A DNA stretch of 64,000 bases from Laetmonice hystrix (taxonomy: Eukaryota), in assembly GCA_965235115.1 (NCBI GenBank), contig OZ249445.1, positions 15,500,001-15,564,000 on the forward strand, written 5' to 3'. A program made the position numbers and the translations under genes. Shown in pieces: positions 53,448-64,000 of the stretch. The notes under the pieces were generated by a model, which saw only the letters and a list, made by a program, of their open reading frames with translations, had not been told where the DNA came from and did no database searches. Within the stretch, counting starts at the first letter, position 1, and every line of letters begins with the position of its first letter.

Positions 53448-54536
53448 CATATACTAATGCACTTGACACATATTTTGCCACTTGTATCAAACACAATGAC
53501 CTGACCGATTCCATCCGTCATCCATACTGAATGAAAACAATGTCTGTCATTTACTGTGTGCCCACCAACTATTTCACTATAGCCCCAGTGACTGATGCTC
53601 CAAACGTGAATGGCACAAGGCCAAACTGCCACAGTGAATGGCCCGGAGTATCAGTCCTACACCATTGATATACCTGGCCGCCAGATTATGGGGGAAACTA
53701 AAGGTTATAATATAAACTTACACAGATGGTATATCAGACAAACAGACGGGTACATTAGGAAAGGGTTATTTGAAGAGGTAGGGCGTATATGCAGTCCACC
53801 TGATGTACAAAGGTACACATCTTGGCTCCAGCGTTCGTAGAGATACGTACATCAGCCCCTGAAGTGATGCCCGAGGCTGAGGCCGTACTCTATGCTCTGG
53901 GCTCGTAACATATCCTACATTAAACCGATAACTTGGCTTGCATGATGGGACGGGGTTGAAAGCGGTCGTCAGTCCGCTGTCTGTACATGGATAGGTTCAG
54001 TCTAGATCTGATCACTGGCCCCAAGCTCACATTGACCTTCTCAAAGATCGCTTCCTCGGAAGGTCAATGCAATAACAGCCACATAATATATAGCAAACAT
54101 CGGGCCTTTATTATGTTTATACTTGTAAAGGTATCATGTGGATAACATTATCTTGTAGACAAAAGGAAAACAATGGAGGGTAATGGCTATGATGTCTGGT
54201 AGGATGGGGACGGAGATTCTAAACCGTCTTTACTGCGGTAAGCCAGCCCAGTGATGGATGGTGCAGCCGTGTGTAGTCGAGTTGACCTGGCCGAGGGGGT
54301 GGGGTGGAGGGGTGGGGTGGTGGGGTGGGGCGGGAGTTGGGGGAGCTGGGGTGGTCAAACCGGGCACGGGTATCTATTAGACGCCCTGTCGTGACCCAGA
54401 CAGCCACAGGGACATGGACGATGGCTGGTGGCAGCAGGATCTTACAGACTTCAAAATCTGGTGCGCATTTATGTTAGCTCTTTATCTCCCTCCCAGGGAG
54501 AGGCAGTACCGAAATTAGCTTCATTCTGGCCTACAT

Positions 54537-54699
54537 GGTTATTCCCCCATGATAACTTTCCCACCAAATTCTTGGGCAGGGGATCGGGTTAAGGTCAGGG
54601 ATAGGGATAGGACATGTTTTTGGGAGGTGTAGTGACCGGGGTTGGGGGTTAGGGATAAGGTCAGGGCTATGTATCTTTAGTTATCATGGGCGATGTACC
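54537..54699. mobile_element. 163-bp MITE-like element with internal GGTTAGGGATAAGG-type repeats
   Basis: GGTTATTCCCCCATGATAACT (54537-54557) matches the reverse complement of 54679-54699 at 17/21 positions. Confidence 0.5.
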
Positions 54700-55736
54700 G
54701 GTCTACATACGATTTTAATCTACCGACCAGTTCAATCTCAGTCTACGGAGCCACACGTGTACCAGACCTTACTCTCCGTGTACATTGTTTGTGTCTATTA
54801 TAGAAAGGAGGTTACACACGGTTTAGGTCAGTAGCTGGGTCACCCCTCCCCTAATCCCGGCTATTATCACCTGGACCTCATCCTCTCCTACATTTTTACT
54901 CAGACTTACATCTATTCACATCAAGACCCTTAACGTCAGTATAACTTTTCAAATTCTTTTTTCAACATAAGGTATGCCACATCAATACTAAGTTACATTA
55001 CCAAAGGTACTTTCAAATCGCTGTTAAAACAATCAAAGAGTATCTTTCACTTCAAAGAGACCAAAAAGCAGACATGGGCTGTTTGGCTATAAGGCCTTAA
55101 ACTACATAAATCAATAAAAGTTTACCCACAGAAACGGAGAAATCTAATGAAATTCAACATTCCAGTTGCCTGCTGTCGCTATGTATAGCGATCGTCTTAT
55201 GGCTGGTTGTTGACAAAATCGTTGACCTGGCATTGACTTGAACAGCCAATGTAATTCATCGGGCGATGTCATTGAAATGAGAGACACTCTCTGATTGTTT
55301 TAAATACAATATCATACAAATAATATCTGTAATGGCAGAACCGTTACTGTTAGTTGTCGTCTTACCAGACCAAAGCAGCATGACATGATCTGTTCATATT
55401 CCATTAACGTATGACATGCAGCCTCCGACACACACACAGACTAACCACTGCGAACCCCACCCACCCGTACAGAGCTACATAAAACATGCCGTTTTACGCG
55501 CCATACGCCATATGAAACACACGCCCAAAAGTAAACTCTGTGCCCATGGCCGGCCCGATATAAATCGACTGGCTGTATGCCCTGCTCTCCACTGTCATGC
55601 ACACAGCGTCGTATAATATGACATTAGAAACATCGACTTAGGATCAAAGCCCGGCCATCCTGATTCATGGCGGAAATTGGATAATAAAACCACATTAAGC
55701 ATGTGGGCTTGCCCGTGGTAGACCGACGGCTTGTGA

Positions 55737-55750
55737 GCGCCCTCAAGTGG
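55737..55750 (-). promoter_or_regulatory. Candidate CTCF site (13/14)
   Basis: The reverse strand reads CCACTTGAGGGCGC. Confidence 0.25.
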
Positions 55751-57779
55751 CAGCCCGCGGAATCAAGCTGTCCCGCCGACCCCGCCCCTCCTGAAATGTC
55801 AACTGTTTAAACGAAGGCCGACTTTACCAGTACTACAAATGTCACGATCAGCTAACGCTACTTTAGCATGAACCTGGGCGGGAATCGCCCTAGGAGGCAT
55901 GCTGTGTTAATGGAGAAATAGGCCGGTGGGCGCAGTCTGCCTCCGTCCCCGGCCCTCCCTGCCAACCCTCACCTCCACTCAACCCTCCACATCCTGTCTC
56001 ACGGTTCACTGCCACTCTACGGCATGATTCGTAGGCAATTAATGTATCTCAGAGAAAACAAACATTTATACAGGTAGATTACCCATTTAGGGACACACAT
56101 TCTGTCTGTCTGCCCATGTCTGCCCATGTCTGCCTGTCTGTCTGTCTGTCTGCCTGCCTGTCCGTCTGCCGTACACCTATCAAAGGTTGGTCTGAGGACA
56201 GATAGAATCGCGACAAACAAGGCGACGTCTCCAACTGAATCTATTTCTGCCCAGTTTCTGAGATTAATGAAGGCCTTTTACATACTGGGCTGGCAGAGTT
56301 GAAGTTATTCAGGACTCACCTAATTAATACCCCACCGACATGTAAACACTTCCAATCACGGTGTAGGCCTACATTGGATCCCAAAGCTTGAAGACGGTTT
56401 AAATTGATATGTACATATAGAATCTATTACCCGAATTAAAATTTATCTCAAATACCTGTCTGGGGTCAAGCATGGCGCTGCTGCTCCAAGATCTGGACAA
56501 CGTTACAGTGATCACAGTCGTATAGATCTACTGATGAGCACCATTGTCACAGTGACAAGTATCTACTGATGAGCATCATTGTCGGTAACACTGAGGGGCC
56601 TTACCCACACAGCAGTGATAAGGACAGTAACTTGATAACGGTCATGACTTAAGGGTAAGTCGAGTCACACTCATACCAACCAAGTGCTACTACTAGCCCA
56701 CTACTAGCGTAGCTGGGCCATGCCCCTCCACTCCGAGTGACATTAATATGTCAAAATATACCATCTTAGGCTTCCCTTCATATCAACCCCCCTGCCTAAG
56801 GGACTTGCCACCCCCTGCCTCAGGGGCTTGCCACCCCGCTGCATAATTTTTTTTATTTGAGGGCTTTATACAAGAAAGCCACTATTGGGCTGTATTTTTC
56901 CTGGGATATTTTCAATTACCCCGTTTTACGGGCATGACAGATTTTCAGTTTCTAAAAATGCAGTTTTGTACAAAAGGTGTATTATAGCATTCTTAAATAT
57001 GGGAATCCACTCAAAAATATAAAAAGGAAAAAAACGAGTCGTGCCGAAATCTGTAACACTATCGTTTGCTACCCTTGCATCGCCAATATCCAATCACACA
57101 CCCACTCAGGTTTTTCGTTATTAATAACTAATTAGTCAAGCCGAAAGGTTAATTACGAAGACAGCAAAGTTCAGAACTTCTCGTTGGAATTCATTTCTTC
57201 ACTTATAAAAATATTATCCAATGTGTTTCCATATTTAATACGGCTACAGAAATTAGTCTGGATATGGAATTTCTGCAATTATGGATATTTAGGAACTAGA
57301 ACACCGGAAACTATTTCATCTTTTCTACTGTCAACTGTCGCCTTTATTAATGACAGTCTCTGCCAACTAGACGCAGCGAAATTCTCAATTTATTTTAAGC
57401 ACAATAAATAATTTATATCATTGTCAACTCTCGCTGACAGAATTGCCTGGTGTATTGCACTCTCCGGTTGGGGACATAAAAACGGGCAAATCTTCGGGTC
57501 GTAAATCACCGCGAACATCAATTTTCTACAATTATTTTGATAAGAGCCACATTAATGACCGGCTGCAAACTGCAACTGGCAAACAGACTGATAGTGCAGG
57601 AAACTTTCAGTCTTGTCATCTCTCTTCTTTGTTTGTTTGTTTGTTTGTTTGTTTGTTTTCAGTTAGCAAAGAAATTTGTACCTTGTATGCTTAGCGAATG
57701 TCGAATTGTTTGCAGGAGGGAACCACAAAGCAACCGTAAGATTGTACAATACATGGTAGCCTTTCACCCAAACAATAAA

Positions 57780-60224
57780 TAGCAGAAGCCCGTCTACCTA
57801 CATGGAGGAAGTGGCTGATGTATTCGTTGCCGTGTTTGCTGACGAAGGCCTCAACACTTTCCATGCCCCGTAAGCGAACACCTAAACCCGGAAGTACTCC
57901 GTTTTTCGCCATGAGTGATGCTGAAGTCGTAAACCATACTACTCGTACTCTCGGAGTTGGGGCTGAATGCGGCGGCGGCTGTTACTGAATGTGGCGCGGC
58001 GGTCACACTGGTGGTCAGGTAGGTGGTAAAGATGGATGAGAAGAATTACGTGGGCGCATCCAGGTGCTGCGGACGCTACGGGTTCATCCTGGCCCACTCC
58101 AGCAGGTAACGCCTACCACCGAGTCGCTACAACTGGTACACATTGAGACTGGTGGGAGGCGAGGATGAGGAGGAGGAGGATGAGGAGGTGGAGGAGGACG
58201 TACAGGACGGGGAGGAGAGAGGGCAAGGAGGGACTGTGACCGGACCCCTCACCGACTCACCACGACGATGTTAGCTGGCCACCTTTGTCCGTAGACGTTG
58301 AAGGGTGCGGGTTTGGTAGGTAGATCGGACAGTCTGATCTACTGTCTGATTTCGGGGTGAATGATCTCTGTACTCTAGGAGTGTTGGACCAGGTATGTCA
58401 CCCTGATGTACCCCCACCGAGTGTCTCCACCGACCAGAACCACACCAGGCGCCGACAGCAGCTGCTGCTCCGGGCGGGCGGGCGGGCGGGCGGGCGGTGG
58501 GCGGGCCAGCAATCTTACTGCGCACAAACTCTCCACCAGACCGTGACCACTGTCTACCAGCTGTACTCTCTCCTTGACCAGTCGATCTGCGTATATTCCC
58601 ACGTCCTACTCAAGCTGACTACTACCGACAGCTTGCTGTGACAGGAGCCAAAGTAAATGAATGTGATCCTCTGATGATCCTATCCACTGTTCTGGCGGTG
58701 GCGGCGATGGGGCACCGAGTATATCCAGATCTGCGCCCCTCCAATCGGGTCGGGCGCACTGTGGGAGACTTCTACGTGAGTCGGGTGGGCACCACGGCTT
58801 TGTGGATGAGCTAGCCTAGGATTGCCCTTAATCCTGATAGGTAAGTAAGGGTGATCCGTACACACACACACACACACACATACATACAGCAGAGGGAAGC
58901 TGTATGTGGAGTATTGATCCTGTGAACTGATTGTGGCTCCGAGCTGGCCTCTAATGAAGAGGCGCCCTGCTATTGATCTAACTATTGGTATCGACCAGTG
59001 GTGCTGGTGGCGGTGGTGACAGTGGTGGCTCCAAGGTGACACATCCCTCTCGGGCTTACCTTGACCATCCGAGGCCCTCTGAAGCTACGCACCACCCCCT
59101 CATCTCAGTCGGATATATCACCAAACGTATATATCCCTATCAATAACACACGCACACCAACACACCCATGTGTAGGTATATACTGATCGCGAACTGCAGG
59201 CCGAGCTGGCTCTTACTGTGAGAGCCTGCCTAGCCGACCACGTGCCCGTCAGCCAAGCTTGGTGTCAGCTTACATAACTTTACCCCACATCAAGGGAAGC
59301 CCCACGCCGCCCTGAGCACTGCCTCCTTACAATCCAGATGATCCCTGCTCAGGTGAAGCGTCCAGCTTATCCCGTTGTCGAGAGGTAAATCCGGCGATGA
59401 TCCCGTCCACAGGTGTTCGAGGTGTGCAGCTGTTTACGGTGGCGCGGTACAAACACGACTCGAGCCGCCTCTGATACTGCTGCTACTGTGACGGACGGCG
59501 CCTGGGCCTGGCTTTGACTTCACTGATAAAAAAACAAAACCTCCCAGCCAATCAGGATTAATCAATCCCAACCATTTTTTTTACACCGAGAGCTGGTGAT
59601 GCGAACACGCCGAGGGTAGTCGGCGTCGCTATCTGTTTCACTTTCACATTACAAACGGCCTGAGGATACGATCAGTTCGACAAACTATGATAATAATCAA
59701 TGCACACCTAGACAGCGTCAAGTAAACTTTGCCACCTGTATTTATCTATGGACGAGTCAGTGGGCGTTAGGAGTTGCCGAGTCGTGCTGCGCTCACCTAG
59801 ACGACCAGGATACCTGGCAACGGCCGCATCCCATCGTCCCATGTGGCGGGTATCAATTCACAGCAAGGCGGCCGCTATTTGTCTGCTACCCGACCGTGAT
59901 GATTCGCTTTGTGCCCTGAGACCAGCCGCTCTTGTCGCAATCACTCGGTCCACCAATATGAAAAATTATTTCCATTCAACAGTGAAAATCCTTCTCTTGC
60001 GTGTGGCTGAGCCTGGAATGAAGCCCGTGGCACACTGAGGCAAAGCATCCGATCTGGCGGTGGTTGGTGTAGATTTGGACTGGAGACAGATTCACCTGCT
60101 GCTGCTCAACAGGACTTGACTTTAGACTGCACTATGATAACCAGCGCTGCCACCGAGCTGGGCCCACCCACTCTGTTGTTGTGGACCTGTGGCATTACAC
60201 GAACGCAACAACCTCCTTAACGGC

Positions 60225-60289
<65 letters not shown>

Positions 60290-60550
60290 TTGGCGGAAGT
60301 GATGGTTAAAGAGTTGGCAGGGCACACATTGTGTGCAATAACAGCTGGCTCTTCACACAAACTGAGAGCGGAAGTAGAGCCGAGCTTCCTCTGGTGCCGT
60401 GACAGGGTCCGAGCAGGAAGAGGAAGACGGAGGGAGGAACAAGAGCGAGGAGGGGGGGAGAACCAAAGGTTAGGTGTGAAAGAGCTGAGATGTACAAACC
60501 GACGGCCACTTGGAGCAACTGTCAGGCCTGCTCTATCAGTCTGACTAACA
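57780..60550. promoter_or_regulatory. GC/CpG-rich promoter-like region
   Basis: ETS-type CCGGAAGT at 57888 and GCGGAAGT at 60293 and 60368, (GGGC)6 at 58472-58495, AGCCAATCAG at 59546-59555, and (CTG)19. Motif evidence only. Confidence 0.35.
60230..60286. repeat. Pure (CTG)19, which is (CAG)19 on the gene's sense strand
   Basis: 57 uninterrupted nt. Confidence 0.98.
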
Positions 60551-61891
60551 ACCCAGTATAGAGGTTAGACTATCTGTCTACCGGCTAAAGAAGACGGCCA
60601 CCCACCCTGCCGCCTTGCTGCTGCAGTCATGGCATTCAAACAGCAGTCTATTTAACCTTCTATTGGTTCAGCTATTAAACAACTGCTATAATTATCCTCT
60701 AACTTTTCATCGAAAGAAACCTTAGAATCCTTCTCTTGACGTATACGCTATAAATAGCCTCGGGGCAGGCCTTGACAAGGACGATAATCCAACTTGAAAA
60801 CTTTTCTTCTAAAGCAGATTTGAAACGAGTTCGTGAATTATGTGGCTGGGACGGTTTCACACAACTCTACTGTATTAAGTTCAACACTTACCTCGACTGT
60901 TGTTATTGACTCGACGAGGATCAGAAATACATCCGTAAATATTTATTTCTCTTACTTAAAGACACAAATTAAATCAAAAGGATTTTCTACGTTAAGCATC
61001 ACTTACAATTCTTAATACATTGGTTTTTTTCAAATGGGTCGCTTTCGTTTTACCCTCTCTCAACGAATAAACTAAAACATACATGGATCTTTCTTGACTC
61101 CAATACTACCAAGGGTATTGCCAATATGGTAAATATGACAAGCTATACTATGAAAAACTGCTGCCTTAAATGTGGCTGCATCAATATTTAATGGTGTGAT
61201 CCAGTATAGCCCCTCTATTTACTATTGATCCTGGAAAAATAAGTTTTGTTATGACGGGACACCCCAACCATGAGTCAGCTTGACTGGACTGGGGGAGATG
61301 AGGGGAGAATTGTTGCATGAAGGGAGGGGAGGGGGCGTGGTTTATTTGTGTGCATCAGCAGTACATTAAGGACTCCTGGCGCTGCCATCGGAGGCAGTTG
61401 GTGTGTACGCGTGTGTATTGGAGTGTGCTATACAAGTGCACTGACGCTCCTCCTGAATAGGTCAGAACACCTTCAATCAATAGCAACATCAACATCATGT
61501 CTGCAGACAGATGAAAAATTAACGACCTGATCAGCCTACGGGTGGAGGGGGTAGGGTGGGGTGGGGTGGGGTGGGGTGGGGTGGGGTCGGGAAATATGGG
61601 GGCTGGGCCATGGGTGTGGGGTGCGTTGATGGGAGGGGGGGGGTGCAAAGAAAAGAGGACGTTGACTTGTATGCGGCGAGGCACCCCTTCCTATATATCC
61701 TTACGTACTGCTCCATTTGCATATCGCTTGGGTGATGTAAATAATTCAATAGTGCCATGGGCGGGTCTGGCAGGGATCCGAACAGACCTGGAAGACGAGC
61801 AGAAGGCACACACACTCCCACCCTCCCACACACGCCAACCACATGGTGGCTGTCAGCCAGGGAGACAGCGCCTCTGTGGGATGGTTCCTCC

Positions 61892-61905
61892 ACACCAGAT
61901 GGCAG
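61892..61905 (+). promoter_or_regulatory. Candidate CTCF site (13/14)
   Basis: ACACCAGATGGCAG followed by CA. Confidence 0.35.
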
Positions 61906-63765
61906 CACTATCAGTGCCGACCCAGAATGGCGGCCACAGACACAGCTCTCTATTACAGATCTCATCTCTCCGTGATACTGTCCGTGACATAACGAGTGAC
62001 CATTATACCGCGCCAAGTGGTACTTCATGTCACAGAGGGAGATCAGTCTGAGAAATCACCATCCTACATAATCTTCAGCAAATCATGTCAGGCGGACGTC
62101 TTGCCGAGACTTCACCATTAACTTCCCCAATGATCTCTCTACAAAATAACAGCGCGAGATATTACAAATAAAAGTGGTGACAGACGATGATAACAATATG
62201 TGATTCTTCATTCACCACTGAACCTTTGGGAGGAGAGGAGGAGGAGGGAGCACAGTGCCATTCTCCTTAAACAATCTCCATATTGATGTGCCCCCCTGAG
62301 CAGCTGTTCTAGTCCCTTTCTGTGTTTCTCTCTCAGTCTGCGCTGATAACGGGTCTTGCTGCAAGCAACGAACGTTGTTTTCTTCCTTCTCTAAAAGCTT
62401 GCTAACATTCCATTTCAGTAAACGTCGGGCCTTGCAGCCACTGGAGTTTCTTTCATTTACACCCCAGCCGCCCTGTAGACAGAGACCGTGTCTGTACAAT
62501 ATGTCGATTGTTTAACCCCTTTCACACACCCCTCCCCCGGCACACCCTTTGATCGACCCTCCGGGCCCCACATCAAAGGCATAACGTCTCTGTTTGGAAG
62601 CTTGTTGCCTTGACAACGTCTCTTCCCAAGGTGCGATATCGTTGATTGATTTGCTATTCCTGGACCTTTATATGGTGAAGCTTTATCATACAGCTCAATA
62701 TTTTCAACCCCCAAAATCCTCAATTAATATATTTGTAATTTAAACAGAATTAGGATGTCACTTCCTAGATCTATAACAGACTATACGATAAATAGAGCAG
62801 TGCTCCCCATTTCATTTTCATTTTCATTTCGCCCCCCCCCCTCCTTTTTTAAATCTATCAAATGTACATAAACCATGCATGTCGCGTGCGTACCATGGCT
62901 CTTCTGAATGTGTTTGAAACGTGCTTAAAATCTGAGTTATGACTGGCTCTCCTACTAACCTGAGAGTGTCCCAAGGGGCAGTGTTTGATATTATCGGGTA
63001 AGTCCTGGGTGTGTTGATGGAGGTGTTTGGTATGGTTGGTGTGATGGTCCCCAGCCGGGCCGTCGGCCATGGTGTGTAAGGGCGATCCCGACGGATTCGT
63101 CGAATCTTTCATGTCTCCTAATAAATATCTCGCTGCCTTCAGCGTCCCTCATCCTCGGCATCCCGCCCAACCATGATCCCCGCCATCTCCGAACGCTTGT
63201 CACTCAGTCTAAAGACGCTCAACACCAGCCCACTTCGCCTTTCAACTTGATGACAGTACTAAATTAGATAGTTGAGATGGCATTGTGTTTCTACTGTCGC
63301 CCTCCTCCCGGAGTTGTTTTTGTCTGTGTACCACGTGAGAAGGTTGAGCGGTTCAGACAGGGTCCTGTATGTATGAGTGTACTGTATGTCTGTCACCCTG
63401 TGCCGCACAGTCAACAGTTTACAAGCACTGTTCGAGGGTTGTCCTGTATCAAGTATTACTTACTCTGACCCAGGTCAGTGCCGGGTCAAACAGTCAGCAC
63501 AAAATACAATGTATATCATAGGATATTTTATTGTCAACACAAACTCAACAAGCATGACAACTCGACTTTGCTCATCTCAAGTTTTTCACAAAAGCATCAT
63601 AATAATAAAAAGAAAGACACGCTGGTATTACTTTAATATAGATAAGCAGAAGTCATCCACACCACAAAATAATCACAAAAGCTTCGGGATTCAAAATTGC
63701 GAAGGCCCGGATGCTGCATGAGATAAAAAGTGTAGGATCTACCCGACAATCATATACATCCTTCT

Positions 63766-64000
63766 GTATATACTGGGGGTGCTCTGTACATCAGCCTACA
63801 AGTACAAGCGGCCAGGATATAACATTGTATATACTGGGGGTGCTCTGTACATCAGCCTACAAGTACAAGCGGCCAGGATATAACATTGTATATACTGGGG
63901 GTGTTCTGTACATCAGCCTACAAGTACAAGCGGCCAGGATATAACATTGTATATACTGGGGGTGCTCTGTACATCAGCCTACAAGTACAAGCGGCCAGGA
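63766..64000. repeat. 61-bp tandem repeat, ~4 copies, running off the window end
   Basis: TACTGGGGGTG at 63771, 63832, 63893 and 63954. Confidence 0.96.

Noticed and set aside
58032-58105. Plus-strand MDEKNYVGASRCCGRYGFILAHS ending at a gtaac donor
   Set aside because: Short and unrecognised, with no downstream exon identified; noted only as part of the promoter-like region.
37329-64000. Expected first coding exon (MCDVMPTI...EQLMV.MLDERD...LPQ)
   Set aside because: Not found in the ORF track or by scanning for LPQ|gt, so I did not annotate it. It is probably beyond the window.

Overview
Animal genomic DNA, mostly intronic. The main feature is the 5' part of a liprin-alpha (PPFIA/SYD-2 family) gene on the minus strand. 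Six phase-0 coding exons (37328-37227, 19462-19298, 12481-12407, 11792-11658, 7002-6781, 287-141) splice into a continuous 282-aa N-terminal coiled-coil segment, EFAQLTKE...KEAQLKT. I did not find the ATG exon, so it probably lies beyond 64000; the gene continues past position 1. QKEDQEERI, where vertebrates have QKEDMEERI, points to an invertebrate host (inference). The introns hold about 16 unrelated minisatellite arrays (about 12 kb, ~19% of the window), several non-autonomous TIR or fold-back DNA elements, many poly-G/C tracts, possible decayed retroelement fragments and a GC-rich promoter-like region at about 57.7-60.6 kb. The most striking observation is that some arrays carry splice signals on the gene's sense strand. 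A 66-bp array is a tandem amplification of the real 3' splice site of one exon, and a 20-bp array near the other end of the same intron carries about 130 G|GTGAG donor-like sites. I recognised no rRNA, tRNA or CRISPR array. Most long ORFs in the track are repeat artefacts.
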